This document shows positions 47,606 through 57,904 of a stretch of 64,000 nucleotides of DNA, one piece after another. The stretch's first letter is position 1. Each line of letters begins with the position of its first letter. Both the position numbers and the translations under genes were made by a program. The DNA is from a bacterium. Lineage in GTDB: Bacteria > Patescibacteriota > Gracilibacteria > UBA4473. The notes under the pieces were generated by a model. That model searched no databases. It was not told the DNA's origin and saw only the letters and a program-made list of their open reading frames with translations. The stretch spans positions 8,048-72,047 of the forward strand of contig JAACPJ010000005.1 of the NCBI GenBank assembly GCA_009995455.1, read 5' to 3'.

Positions 47606-47682
47606 TGGTGGGCACGCCAAGACTTGAACTTGGGACCTCCTCCTTATCAGAGAGGCGCTCTAACCAGCTGAGCTACGCGCCC
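47606..47682 (-). tRNA. tRNA-Ile(GAU)
   Basis: GGGCGCGTAGCTCAGCTGG..., anticodon loop CTGATAA, encoded CCA. Confidence 0.96.
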
Positions 47683-47783
47683 TTCCACCAATTTTTCTTT
47701 TACTCTAAGTTGTCAGAGCTAGCCAATAGTAAAAAAAAACTAACGGCTGTCAAAAAAATAAGCCGGCTCGGATCTTAGCGTCC

Positions 47784-47966
47784 TTACTTCTTTTTTGTTT
47801 TAGCGGTTTTTGACTCCGAAGCTTTTTCTAAAATAAAAGCCATTACAATTGGCACTAAGGTTGAAGCCAACAGTTTTGCATTTTTCTGGCTCATGCCGGT
47901 TTTTTTTGCGAGTTTAGTAATCAGCCAAGTGGCTAAAAAGTTTTCGGTTAAAAATTTAAAGTTCAT
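47784..47966 (-). CDS. Small basic hypothetical protein
   Basis: LAKKTGMSQKNAKLLASTLVP; start uncertain. Confidence 0.45.
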   Translation of the reverse strand: MNFKFLTENFLATWLITKLAKKTGMSQKNAKLLASTLVPIVMAFILEKASESKTAKTKKK

Positions 47967-48087
47967 ATTTGGTAAATAATTTGATTCAAACATAAACAAA
48001 AATCTATTCTGTTGCAAAAAAGCTGTTATTCCTACCAGGTTATGGTTAGAATGTGTCTTGAAAAATAAAAATTAAAATTTAAACGGC

Positions 48088-49767
48088 ATGTCTTTTTTTC
48101 GTAAAACTCGCTCTGCTGCTACTCCAAAGGTAGCTTATTTCTCTATGGAATATGCCTTTGATGCCCAAATTCCCAACTACGCCGGAGGCTTAGGGGTACT
48201 AGCCGCTGATATGATGCACTCTGTCGCTGACATGGGCTATCCGGCGGTTGGGGTTGGTTTGATTTATCACCAATCTGAAGAATCTGATAAAAAGTTCCAC
48301 CCAGAGTACTTCATGAAAAAATTACCAAATACGGTAAAAGTTCAGATTGAAGATCGTCAGGTAACGGTTGGCGCGTGGCAATACGACGTGCAAACGAAAG
48401 ATGGCAACACGATGCCGGTTTATTTTTTAACCACTTTTTGTGGCGATAATGCGGAATATGATCGAGATATTACCAAATATTTATACCCTAGCACGGGCTA
48501 TCACCGGATTGCACAAGAAGCTATTTTAGGGATTGGAGGCGTGAAAATGCTTAAAGACTTAGGGATTGCAAGTATTGAGTATTACCACTTAAACGAAGGG
48601 CACGCGGCCTTTTCTACTTTAGAAATATTGAAAGAGCACAACTGGGACGACGAAGCGGTAAAAAGTATAACTCGATTCACGACTCACACGCCGGTTCCAG
48701 CCGGGCACGACAAATTTGATTACGAATTAGCCTACCAGGTTTTAGGTGATCAATTGCCGTGGCATATTCGAGAACTCGCTACGCAAAATCAGCTAAGTAT
48801 GACGGACTTAGCTTTAAACTTGAGTGGCCGAACTAATGGCGTTTCAAAAAAACACCAGCTGGTTTGTTTTGATATGTTCCCAGGGCACAGTTTTGAGGGC
48901 ATCACTAACGGAGTGCACTTAACACGTTGGGCGGCTCCCGCTACGGCGGCGTGTTTAGATAAACATCTGCCTAAGTGGAGAAAAGATCCAAGTGTGCTAA
49001 ATGATGCGGCCACTAAAATTCCGATGAAAGCGATTCAAGAAATGCGCTATGCTAATAAAGAGCGTTTGCTCAATTGGGTGAATGATAACCCAAATTTCTT
49101 TCACTTTGAGGATGATTTAAAGAAAACCGATTTACTAGAAATGGATCGTTTGACGATTGTGTTTGCGCGACGATTTGTGCCCTACAAACGGCCTCTTTTA
49201 CTTTTCCGAGATCTTGAAAGATTGAAACGCATTGGGAATAAAAAAATTCAAATTGTGTTTGCGGGGCATTGTCATCCAGATGATTATTTCTGTAACAATA
49301 AAAAAGAATCTTTACGTAACTTTGCGCAACAACTACGAGGCAGTGTGAAAATTGCAGTGGTACCAGATTACAATATTGATATTGCGGATAAATTGGTAAG
49401 TGGAGCTAATATTTGGCTTAATAATCCGATTCCCCCGCGTGAAGCGAGTGGAACTAGTGGGATGAAAGCGGCTTTAAATGGCGCGCTAAATTTATCGGTG
49501 CTAGATGGTTGGTGGATTGAAGGTTTAAAACGTAAGAAACGAGCTGGGTGGGGATTTGGTGAAACCATAGACCCAAACTGGAGCGACGACGAAAGAGATG
49601 ACGCGCATGCGAATGAACTTTATGAATGTCTTGAAAAAGCCGTTGATTTGTTCACTAAACGCCCAGACGAATGGCTAGAAAATGTCGCTCAATCTATGAC
49701 TCTTGCTGGGCACTTCAACACGCATCGAGTAATTGAAGAGTACGACGAAAAAATGTGGCGCGAGTAA
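48088..49767 (+). CDS. glgP: Alpha-glucan (glycogen/maltodextrin) phosphorylase
   Basis: YAGGLGVLA, HLNEGH, FTTHTPVPAGHD, ARRFVPYKR, EASGTSGMK. Confidence 0.9.
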   Translation: MSFFRKTRSAATPKVAYFSMEYAFDAQIPNYAGGLGVLAADMMHSVADMGYPAVGVGLIYHQSEESDKKFHPEYFMKKLPNTVKVQIEDRQVTVGAWQYDVQTKDGNTMPVYFLTTFCGDNAEYDRDITKYLYPSTGYHRIAQEAILGIGGVKMLKDLGIASIEYYHLNEGHAAFSTLEILKEHNWDDEAVKSITRFTTHTPVPAGHDKFDYELAYQVLGDQLPWHIRELATQNQLSMTDLALNLSGRTNGVSKKHQLVCFDMFPGHSFEGITNGVHLTRWAAPATAACLDKHLPKWRKDPSVLNDAATKIPMKAIQEMRYANKERLLNWVNDNPNFFHFEDDLKKTDLLEMDRLTIVFARRFVPYKRPLLLFRDLERLKRIGNKKIQIVFAGHCHPDDYFCNNKKESLRNFAQQLRGSVKIAVVPDYNIDIADKLVSGANIWLNNPIPPREASGTSGMKAALNGALNLSVLDGWWIEGLKRKKRAGWGFGETIDPNWSDDERDDAHANELYECLEKAVDLFTKRPDEWLENVAQSMTLAGHFNTHRVIEEYDEKMWRE

Positions 49768-49847
49768 GTGCCTGTGATTTAAATTAAGTTTGCCTAGCAG
49801 TAAGGGAGTATGTTACAAGTATATACTGCCTGACTTTAGGCGATTTA

Positions 49848-50387
49848 ATGACAAACAAATACAACACCCCAACTCTAGAGTCGCTGATGATTATTCGGCA
49901 GTCTAAAGTATTGCTTGGTGCCAGGGTGGCGATTGTTCATTTGTGTTTTGTGCTAATAACGACTGTTTTTTTTATATTTACCTCAGCCCCGGATGTGTGG
50001 TCATTTTTGACCGTCTTGTTGGCAGTGGGCTTTGTGGAGATGATTGTTTTATTTTATGCCGTGATTCGTTGGCACAATCACTACTACATGCTTCGTTCAG
50101 ATAGAATTTTAACCAGTCGTGGTGTTTTTTTGCGTCGACAACGTTTGTTTGCGATTAAAAATATTGAATCTATTTCAGTGCGTCAGGGGATTATTGGTAA
50201 AATTTTTAATTTTGGAACGCTTCATTTATATGCCCCAACACTTAATCATCAGATTAAGATGCTCGGGGTAAACGATCCATGCCACAAAGAAAAAATAATT
50301 GAGGAGCTCTTGCCGAATGCAATTAACGGCGAACAACGGTTACGAAATTTATTTATCGCACCAGAAAATCGCAGCCAGGCTGGCTGA
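49848..50387 (+). CDS. Membrane protein with bacterial PH domain
   Basis: Two TMs, then RGVFLR..IESISVRQGIIGKIFNFGTL. Confidence 0.75.
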   Translation: MTNKYNTPTLESLMIIRQSKVLLGARVAIVHLCFVLITTVFFIFTSAPDVWSFLTVLLAVGFVEMIVLFYAVIRWHNHYYMLRSDRILTSRGVFLRRQRLFAIKNIESISVRQGIIGKIFNFGTLHLYAPTLNHQIKMLGVNDPCHKEKIIEELLPNAINGEQRLRNLFIAPENRSQAG

Positions 50388-50504
50388 GTGTATTTGTCAT
50401 AGATTAACTTTCATAATTGATGCCTTTTGCTCCTCGCCGTAACACGATGTAAAAATGTTGAAAGGGTGGTTTACTTTTTTTAAAAAAGATTTAAAAGATC
50501 TTTA

Positions 50505-51272
50505 ATGAGAAAGTTAAATGAAGCGAGAGCGGATATTCTAGAAGCTAATGTTATCGAGCTAGGGTGTGGCGCTGATTATGGTTTAGTGCCCGCTTTACTG
50601 CGCCAAGACAAATTAGCGGTTGGAGTCGATCTTGATCTAACGGGGTTAAATCAAGATCTTTTACCTTCAGAAATAATGCTAAGAACTAGAGATATTAGTC
50701 TTAATCAAGGGGAATCCGGCTTTTCTTGTTACCGTTTTTATCCACCAGAAATAACAAACCAATTAGAAGCGGCCACTTTTTTAAAGGCTCAAGTCGAAGC
50801 GGCTAAAATTAGAGATCAAATATTTGCTGAACATCTTGGCGTTGTTAGTACGCGTCCAGACTTAATGGAGCGAGGAAGGGCTTTAAGCCTCCCCAGAGTT
50901 GAAAGAGATTCGAGCATTGAAAACAGGTTGTTTGAGGGAGACGCCCTTCAAGCTTTAGAGCATGGCGGAACCTTTTCAGAAATCTATGCTTCAGACTTTC
51001 TTCATAATATTCAACTTCTGGGGGAACTGCAGGGCTGGCTTGACCGAATAAAGTCCTGTTTAAATAAAGGTGGTACATTAATGCTTATTAACGATGAAGA
51101 GCATTTTGGGCCTCTGTTGGCGCCCTTAGTTCAAAACGGTTTTAAATTAAATGAAGCAGAGGAACTTTCATCTCAGAGCGAATGGTTGTCTTTACGCATT
51201 CAAGGTCAGAATACCAATCCTGCAGTGGTTTATTTTGGAGCAAAAATAATGGCTACCTTTGAAAAAATTTAA
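50505..51272 (+). CDS. Divergent class I SAM methyltransferase-like protein
   Basis: VIELGCG, AVGVD, GDAL, LNKGGTL. Confidence 0.55.
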   Translation: MRKLNEARADILEANVIELGCGADYGLVPALLRQDKLAVGVDLDLTGLNQDLLPSEIMLRTRDISLNQGESGFSCYRFYPPEITNQLEAATFLKAQVEAAKIRDQIFAEHLGVVSTRPDLMERGRALSLPRVERDSSIENRLFEGDALQALEHGGTFSEIYASDFLHNIQLLGELQGWLDRIKSCLNKGGTLMLINDEEHFGPLLAPLVQNGFKLNEAEELSSQSEWLSLRIQGQNTNPAVVYFGAKIMATFEKI

Positions 51273-53551
51273 GCTTCCTCAACTTTTTCAATGGGGGCGA
51301 CACTGGCAACAATTTTTTTGATCCCCATCCCTTTAAAGGCGGCTGAAATGACATCTCCAGCAATTAATATAATGGTGCCTTCGCCCCATTCGGCGTGACG
51401 AATCGTATCACCCGTTTTATATTGCGTTTGGTTTTCGGCAACACCAAAAACCGCTTCGGTACGGCTGCCAGGCACTTTTCCCAGCGGTTGGCCACGAAAG
51501 GTGTTACTATCATCTACGTTATTAGCGCCCGGGGTTGGGTGTAATAAGGAGTGAGAGAAATTTGGTTTGTTACTCCGCTGACTGACAAATCGGCTACCAC
51601 TATCGCCTTCATATTGATTGTGCTCGCTGCATTCTTCATCGAGTTCACTTAAAAACTTTGAAGGCGCCGCGTATTGGGTTTGCCCAAAAAGTAAGCGCTG
51701 TCGTGCATATGAAATGTAACAACGTTCTTCGGCGCGGGTAATCGCCACGTAACCGAGTCTTCGTTCTTCTTCTAATTGCTCTCCATCAAACTGACTGCTT
51801 GAACTGGGGAAAATCCCTTCTTCCCAACCGGGAAGAAAGACCACTGGGAATTCGAGTCCTTTTGACGCGTGCACCGTCATTAAGGTCACTGATGACTGTC
51901 CGTCATCTACATTGTCTAGATCCGAAATTAACGCCACGCCCTCAAGGAAGGCTGCCAGAGGGTCTTCGGCTGTGTCGTATCTTCCGGCGACGGAGAACAG
52001 CTCTTTTACATTCTGCTGGCGTGATTCACCTTCCATGGTGCCGTCATCGAGCCATTTTAAGAATTGGGTCGCTTCGATTAAGTCTTCAAGTAACAAAGAA
52101 ATTAAGCGCGTGTCTTTTGCCGCTCTCAGTTTAGAGATGGTATTGTAAAACTCTTTTAATACGGCTCGCTTAGCGTGAGGGAGTTCTTCAAGTCCGTCGA
52201 CTTCTTCCAAAATATCAAATAATGAAAGATTATACTCGTTCGCGTATTTTTTGATTACCTCTAGTGTAGCTGCCCCCAGCTTTCGAGATGGGACGTTGAT
52301 TATTCTTAAGAAGGCGATGTCATCACGCGGATTAAAAATAAGTCGCAGGTAAGCCATAATATCCTTCACCTCTCTTCTATCGAAGAAACGAGTGCCTCCC
52401 ACAATTTGGTAGGGGATTTGGTGGCGCATTAAAGCCTCTTCTATGGCCCGAGACTGCGCATTCATCCGGTATAAAATAGCCATGTCAGCCGCTGTGTAAT
52501 CACCACTATCGATAAGTTTCTTAATGGTGTCGCCGACAAAACGACCTTCGTCTTTTTCATCAAAGACGCCGTAGACTTGAACCATTTCTCCTGGACTTTG
52601 TTCGGTCCAAAGGTTTTTAGCGTGTCCGGTTTGGTTGTGGCCAATTAGTTTATTGGCGTTGTTTAAAATGTTGGCACTCGAACGGTAGTTTTGTTCTAGT
52701 TTAACAGTGACTGCCGTTGGGAAGTCTCGTTCAAAATCTAAAATGTTTCGGTAATCAGCGCCGCGAAAAGAGTATATAGATTGATGATCATCCCCCACGA
52801 CACACAAGTTTTGGTGACCATCACACAAAAGTCGTATTAAACGGTATTGAGCAAAATTGGTATCTTGGTATTCATCAACTAAAACCTGCTGCCAACGTTG
52901 TTGGTAGTATTTAAGGGTGTTGTTATCTTCGTCTTCCCATAGTTTTACGACCTTTGTTATAAGGTCATCAAAATCAACAGCGTTGTGCTCAATCAATCTT
53001 CGTTGGTGCACGGGGTAGAGTTCAGCCACGGCATCAGAAAATTTATTACTGCCCATGCCAATCGCTTCAAAATGAGCTTGGGGTGAATTTAAAGAACTTT
53101 TAATAGCACTGAAATGATTTAAAATCGCTTTCGGTTTGTATTCCTTAATATCATAATGACGATCTCGCATAATGTTTTTAAGAAGGCTCAAACAATCATC
53201 GGTATCAAATATAACAAAGCTACGCGTATAACCTTGTCCTAGGTGTTCAATGTCTCTTCTTAAAATTCGAACACATATAGAATGGAACGTCCCAATGCTG
53301 GGAGCCCTGCCTGCGGGAATAAGTTTTTCAACTCGAGCCTGCATTTCTTTCGCCGCTTTGTTGGTAAAGGTTACCGCTAAGATATTGTCGGCCGCTGTTC
53401 CGTGGGCCATTAAATTCGCAATTCGTGAAGTTAGAACTTTTGTTTTTCCGCTGCCTGCACCCGCTAGAACGAGTAAAGGACCGCTGAGGGTTTCAACGGC
53501 TTGACGCTGTGGTTCGTTAAGGCCTGAGAGCAAATTTGAGTTATCCTGCAT
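51269..53551 (-). CDS. pcrA: UvrD/PcrA ATP-dependent DNA helicase
   Basis: AGAGSGKT, DEYQDTN, LEQNYRS, HASKGLEF, EERRLGYVAITRA, C-terminal Tudor-like domain. Confidence 0.95.
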   Translation of the reverse strand: MQDNSNLLSGLNEPQRQAVETLSGPLLVLAGAGSGKTKVLTSRIANLMAHGTAADNILAVTFTNKAAKEMQARVEKLIPAGRAPSIGTFHSICVRILRRDIEHLGQGYTRSFVIFDTDDCLSLLKNIMRDRHYDIKEYKPKAILNHFSAIKSSLNSPQAHFEAIGMGSNKFSDAVAELYPVHQRRLIEHNAVDFDDLITKVVKLWEDEDNNTLKYYQQRWQQVLVDEYQDTNFAQYRLIRLLCDGHQNLCVVGDDHQSIYSFRGADYRNILDFERDFPTAVTVKLEQNYRSSANILNNANKLIGHNQTGHAKNLWTEQSPGEMVQVYGVFDEKDEGRFVGDTIKKLIDSGDYTAADMAILYRMNAQSRAIEEALMRHQIPYQIVGGTRFFDRREVKDIMAYLRLIFNPRDDIAFLRIINVPSRKLGAATLEVIKKYANEYNLSLFDILEEVDGLEELPHAKRAVLKEFYNTISKLRAAKDTRLISLLLEDLIEATQFLKWLDDGTMEGESRQQNVKELFSVAGRYDTAEDPLAAFLEGVALISDLDNVDDGQSSVTLMTVHASKGLEFPVVFLPGWEEGIFPSSSSQFDGEQLEEERRLGYVAITRAEERCYISYARQRLLFGQTQYAAPSKFLSELDEECSEHNQYEGDSGSRFVSQRSNKPNFSHSLLHPTPGANNVDDSNTFRGQPLGKVPGSRTEAVFGVAENQTQYKTGDTIRHAEWGEGTIILIAGDVISAAFKGMGIKKIVASVAPIEKVEEA

Positions 53552-53639
53552 GGAGTCAGATTTTAGAAAAACTGAGTCGTTTGGTCGAGGGAAATTCTGA
53601 GGTTTTTACCTATATCTTTTAAAAACGGTCAAAAAGAGG

Positions 53640-53667
53640 TTGACAGGTGATTGGTCACTGTTAAGAT
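53640..53667 (+). promoter_or_regulatory. Promoter of the infA-alpha operon
   Basis: TTGACA-N16-TAAGAT with extended TG and GC-rich discriminator cgcgcggc. Confidence 0.7.
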
Positions 53668-53700
53668 CGCGCGGCTTTTTTGAAGGTTTGTCCACACTAT

Positions 53701-53931
53701 ATGTCAAAGGAAGAAAATATCGAAGTTGAAGGGAAGGTTAAAGAATCCCTACCAGGCTCAAAGTTCCTGGTGGAGCTGACAACTGAAGGTTTCGAAGGGC
53801 ACATGGTGACGGGCGAAATGTCAGGAAAAATCAGAATGCACTCCATTAAGATTGTTCCCGGCGACAAGGTTCGGTTAAGTATGACCCCTTATAACCTCGA
53901 AATTGGTAGAATTACTTACCGTTTAAGATAA
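53701..53931 (+). CDS. infA: Translation initiation factor IF-1
   Basis: [35 protein letters not shown]. Confidence 0.95.
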   Translation: MSKEENIEVEGKVKESLPGSKFLVELTTEGFEGHMVTGEMSGKIRMHSIKIVPGDKVRLSMTPYNLEIGRITYRLR

Positions 53932-53932
53932 A

Positions 53933-54085
53933 ATGAAAGTTGTAAATTCCCTAAAATCTCTCAAAAAAATGGCTGGTAGCCGTGTGGTTACTCGTCGTGG
54001 TGTTAAATTTATTGTTAACAAAAAGAATCCTCGTGCTAAAGCGCGTCAAGGAGGCTTGGCTAAAAAGAAGAATAAAAAATACTAA
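53933..54085 (+). CDS. rpmJ: 50S ribosomal protein bL36, zinc-free type (missed by the ORF track)
   Basis: Hand translation [50 protein letters not shown]; lies between infA and rpsM. Confidence 0.92.
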   Translation: MKVVNSLKSLKKMAGSRVVTRRGVKFIVNKKNPRAKARQGGLAKKKNKKY

Positions 54086-54100
54086 TCCTTATTTAACTTA

Positions 54101-54478
54101 ATGCGTATTGCAGGTGTACAGATTCCAACCGACAAACGACTAATTATCAGTTTAACTTATATTGCAGGAGTAGGTCCTAAGCGTTCCGTAATTGTTTGCG
54201 AGAAAGCGAAGATTGATCCAAGCGTTCGAGTTAAAGATTTAACAACAGATCAAGAAGAGAAGTTGCGAAAAGTGCTTCAAGAACTTGGTTATGTGCTCGA
54301 GTCAGATTTGCGTCGAGAAATTCAATTAAACGTTAAACGTTTGCAAGATATTGGTTCTTACCGTGGTTTCCGTCACCGACGAAAACTTCCAGTACGTGGT
54401 CAACGTACAAAAACAAACTCGCGAACTAAACGTGGGAAGAAGGTAGCTATTGCCGGTAAGAAAAAAGTTACTAAATAA
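54101..54478 (+). CDS. rpsM: 30S ribosomal protein uS13
   Basis: [25 protein letters not shown]. Confidence 0.98.
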   Translation: MRIAGVQIPTDKRLIISLTYIAGVGPKRSVIVCEKAKIDPSVRVKDLTTDQEEKLRKVLQELGYVLESDLRREIQLNVKRLQDIGSYRGFRHRRKLPVRGQRTKTNSRTKRGKKVAIAGKKKVTK

Positions 54479-54497
54479 TCATTGCTCAATTTAATTA

Positions 54498-54878
54498 ATG
54501 GCCGTTACATCTAAAAAACGTATCCGAAAGACATTTGAAGCCGGCAAGGTTTTCATCCGTGCTCTATACAACAATACTATTGTTACCCTTACGGACCCCG
54601 ACGGGAATGTATTGGCTTGGAGTTCGCCTGGAGCGAATGGTTTCAAAGGAGCTAGACAATCTACGCCTTATGCAGGACAAATTTCTGCAGAAGCGGTAGC
54701 TGAAAAAGCACAAGCCTTTGGGATGCAGTCAGTAGAAGTAGTCATTAAAGGTGTGGGGCCAGGCCGTGATCAAACGGTGCGAGGTTTAATGAATGGAGGT
54801 CTAGACGTTACGTCTATTACCGATAGAACACGAGTGCCACATGGCGGTTGCCGACCTGGTCGACAACGAAAAACTTAA
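54498..54878 (+). CDS. rpsK: 30S ribosomal protein uS11
   Basis: NNTIVTLTD, GFKGARQSTPYAG, PHGGCRP. Confidence 0.98.
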   Translation: MAVTSKKRIRKTFEAGKVFIRALYNNTIVTLTDPDGNVLAWSSPGANGFKGARQSTPYAGQISAEAVAEKAQAFGMQSVEVVIKGVGPGRDQTVRGLMNGGLDVTSITDRTRVPHGGCRPGRQRKT

Positions 54879-54915
54879 ATCAAGAAGTTACAAACTCTAT
54901 TACTAAAAATTTTAC

Positions 54916-55530
54916 ATGCGATATACAGGTCCAAAAGCGCGACTATGCCGACGAGAAGGAGTAAATCTATTCGGTTCTCCTAAATACCAAAAAATTATTG
55001 GACGAAGTCCAAATGTTCCAGGTATGCACGGTGGTAAACGTCAAGGGAAAATGACGGAGTACGCTAAACAACTTCGTGAAAAGCAAAAAGCTAAACGAAT
55101 GTTTGGTTTATCTGAAAAACAATTCAGAAATTACTTTGAAAAAGCGAGTAGCTCTAAAGTGGTTACCGGAGAACGATTGCTAGAACTTCTAGAAACTCGT
55201 TTAGATAATGCGGTATACCGATCTGGAATGGCGCTAACTCGAATGCAAGCACGACAATTTGTTTCTCATGGGCTTTTCATGCTAAACGGACGACGAGTCG
55301 ACGTTCCATCAATGGTGGTTAAGCCAGGCGACGTTATTGAGGTTCGAGCCTCTAAGAAAGGTTCATCTGTTTTTAAACACAATTCTGAGGAATTGGCTCA
55401 GTACGAAGTACCAAGCTGGCTCAATGTAGATGCTAAGAAATTATCTTTCGAGGTTGTTTCTCAACCAGAGCAAAAACACTTCGAAGCGCTTATTAATACA
55501 CAACCAATCGTTGAATTCTACTCTCGATAA
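54916..55530 (+). CDS. rpsD: 30S ribosomal protein uS4
   Basis: YTGPKARLCRREG, QLREKQK, LETRLDN, IVEFYSR. Confidence 0.98.
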   Translation: MRYTGPKARLCRREGVNLFGSPKYQKIIGRSPNVPGMHGGKRQGKMTEYAKQLREKQKAKRMFGLSEKQFRNYFEKASSSKVVTGERLLELLETRLDNAVYRSGMALTRMQARQFVSHGLFMLNGRRVDVPSMVVKPGDVIEVRASKKGSSVFKHNSEELAQYEVPSWLNVDAKKLSFEVVSQPEQKHFEALINTQPIVEFYSR

Positions 55531-55567
55531 AACTAAAACCTAAATTCTTTTTAAACCTCCCTTCAAT

Positions 55568-56578
55568 ATGCATATTCTTCATGAAGCGATCGGCGTTCCT
55601 AAGCTAAAAATTGAGAGCCAAAGTAAAACGCAAGCCGTTCTTACTATTGCTCCGCTTCCTTCTGGTTTTGGAATGACGATTGGTAATGCTCTACGTCGAA
55701 CTATTCTTTCTAGTTTGCCCGGTACGGCCGTTACGGCGGTCAAAATCACAGGTATTACTCATGAATATACTACTATTCCTGGAGTACACGAATCAGTACT
55801 CGATTTAGTGCTTAACGTCCGAGAACTTCGTTTAAAAAAACACTCTAAAGATCCCGAAGTGATTGAAGTGCCTTTAGTCAAATCAGGAACAATTACCGCA
55901 AAAGATCTTAAAGTTTCAAGTGACATTGAAATCTTAGATCCTTCACAAATTATTTGTCACTGTGATGGCGCTGATTCTAAAAAGAAAATCCAACTACGAA
56001 TTGAAAAAGGCGTTGGATACCGAATTATTTCTAATGAAGAAAACGCGGCCGAAGAAGATCCAGAATTTATCTTGGTTGACGCGAACTTTTCTCCGATTAA
56101 AAGAGCTAAGTACGAAGTAAGCCCAGCTCGGGTTGGAGATCAAACCGATCTTAATACTCTAACACTAGAGGTTGAAACAGACGGAAGTTTAGAAGCCGAC
56201 AACGCTATTAAACTTTCAGCAGAAATTCTTCAAAGTTACTTCGGACTCTTTAATGAGAACGACGCTTACACCGATGAAGATTTCACTACTAGCTTTTCTG
56301 CTATCAAAGCTAAAGAAGACGCGGAACGTCAAGCAACTGCCGCTGCCGCAGAAGAATCTTTCACTCCAATTGATATTCTTGGTTTCTCACAACGAACGCT
56401 TAATGCACTCGTTAACGGTGGAATTACTTCGGTTGAAGAACTTCTAAAAACACCTATGAGTCAACTAACTCAGTTGCGTGGATTCGGACAAAAAGCTAAA
56501 ACAGAACTTGAAGAAGTATTAAGAGAGCGTGGTTACACGCCAGGAGCTGGTATGCCCTCTAGCAGTGCTGCAGAATAA
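55568..56578 (+). CDS. rpoA: RNA polymerase alpha subunit
   Basis: GFGMTIGNALRRTILSSLPG, RVGDQTD, alpha-CTD. Confidence 0.97.
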   Translation: MHILHEAIGVPKLKIESQSKTQAVLTIAPLPSGFGMTIGNALRRTILSSLPGTAVTAVKITGITHEYTTIPGVHESVLDLVLNVRELRLKKHSKDPEVIEVPLVKSGTITAKDLKVSSDIEILDPSQIICHCDGADSKKKIQLRIEKGVGYRIISNEENAAEEDPEFILVDANFSPIKRAKYEVSPARVGDQTDLNTLTLEVETDGSLEADNAIKLSAEILQSYFGLFNENDAYTDEDFTTSFSAIKAKEDAERQATAAAAEESFTPIDILGFSQRTLNALVNGGITSVEELLKTPMSQLTQLRGFGQKAKTELEEVLRERGYTPGAGMPSSSAAE

Positions 56579-56601
56579 TCATTCAGAATTAAATTTAAAT
56601 T

Positions 56602-56958
56602 ATGAGACATCGAAATACGAAAGCCATCTTAAATCGCCCTGCTGATCAGCGGAAAGCCTTAGTGCGCAACTTGCTAACAAATTTGTTTGAGCACGGAACG
56701 ATTAAAACCACTGAAGCGAAAGCTAAAGCAGCTGCCCGCGAAGCGGAAAAGCTTATCACTCGGATTAAAGGTCGAGAGGAAGCCCACAACGCGATTCGTG
56801 ATTTAAAACAAGTGATCTTTACAGAGAAAGCTTCTAAAAATGCGCTAGCGTATGCTGATAAAAGCACTAAAACTTCAGGATTTACTCGAGTGACTAAACT
56901 TGGGTTTCGAGCTGGAGACAACTCACTTCTCGTTCAAGTAGAACTTATTCAAGACTAA
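56602..56958 (+). CDS. rplQ: 50S ribosomal protein bL17
   Basis: MRHR, IKTTEAKAK, GFTRVTKLGFRAGD. Confidence 0.97.
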   Translation: MRHRNTKAILNRPADQRKALVRNLLTNLFEHGTIKTTEAKAKAAAREAEKLITRIKGREEAHNAIRDLKQVIFTEKASKNALAYADKSTKTSGFTRVTKLGFRAGDNSLLVQVELIQD

Positions 56959-56960
56959 CC

Positions 56961-57413
56961 ATGGCCATGATGCAAAAAACGACTCTCCGACAAAATGTTA
57001 AAGACGCTGACCGTCAATGGTTTGTGATCGATGCTGAAGGTAAAACTTTGGGCCAAATCGCAACAGATATTGCGGTGGTACTTCGTGGGAAACACCGAGT
57101 AGATTTTACCCCTCACGCTGATGGTGGTGATCACGTAATTGTTTTGAACGCGGATAAAGTTGGCGTTACCGGAGATAAAGAAAACCGCAAACTTTACTAC
57201 CGACATTCGGGGTATCTTGGGAATCTTAAGGTTCAAGCTTTAGGAGACGTTCGTTCTAAAACACCTGAACGGATTCTTGAACAAGCGGTTAGCGGTATGC
57301 TTCCAAAAAACAAACTTCGAAAGTGTTACCTACGACGTTTACACTTAGTCGTTAACGGAGCTGAAAATCCACACGCAGCTCAAAAACCTCAACCTCTTCC
57401 AACTAACATTTAA
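56961..57413 (+). CDS. rplM: 50S ribosomal protein uL13
   Basis: WFVIDAEGKTLG, GKHRVDFTPH, YYRHSGY, GMLPKN. Confidence 0.97.
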   Translation: MAMMQKTTLRQNVKDADRQWFVIDAEGKTLGQIATDIAVVLRGKHRVDFTPHADGGDHVIVLNADKVGVTGDKENRKLYYRHSGYLGNLKVQALGDVRSKTPERILEQAVSGMLPKNKLRKCYLRRLHLVVNGAENPHAAQKPQPLPTNI

Positions 57414-57424
57414 TAGAACTTACT

Positions 57425-57823
57425 ATGGCCAAAGGTGCTTACTTTTACGCAAACGGAAAACGAAAGAACGCAATCGCTACGGTTCGTCTTTACCCAGAAG
57501 GGCAAGGAGAATTAAGTGTTAATGGAGTGAAACTTCGAGAATGGGCGGATGATGAACACATGGTGTTCACGGTTAACCAACCACTAGAAACTCTAAGCGC
57601 TAAAAAAGAAGTGGATATTGAGATTATCACTCGTGGTGGTGGTAAAAAAGCTCAAGCTGAAGCGATCCGTCTTGGAATTGCTCGTGCTTTTGTTAAAAAA
57701 GATATGACGCTTCGTGAACAACTCAAAGCGGAACACTTCCTAACTCGAGATTCAAGAGTTAAAGAACGAAAAAAACCAGGTCTACGTGGAGCACGTCGAT
57801 CACCACAATGGTCAAAACGTTAA
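57425..57823 (+). CDS. rpsI: 30S ribosomal protein uS9
   Basis: GKRKNAIA, GGGKKAQAEAIR, ERKKPGLRGARRSPQWSKR. Confidence 0.98.
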   Translation: MAKGAYFYANGKRKNAIATVRLYPEGQGELSVNGVKLREWADDEHMVFTVNQPLETLSAKKEVDIEIITRGGGKKAQAEAIRLGIARAFVKKDMTLREQLKAEHFLTRDSRVKERKKPGLRGARRSPQWSKR

Positions 57824-57847
57824 GAATCTTTTTCTTATTTTATTTAC

Positions 57848-57882
57848 AAGAATCCCCTGCAAAGTGTTGGGGATTTTTTTTT
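57848..57882 (+). terminator. Terminator of the ribosomal operon
   Basis: aatcccc/ggggatt stem followed by a T tract. Confidence 0.75.
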
Positions 57883-57904
57883 ACCGCCCTATAATCATCC
57901 TACT

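Noticed and set aside
47590-47778. 62-aa ORF
   Set aside because: It is the antisense reading of tRNA-Ile.
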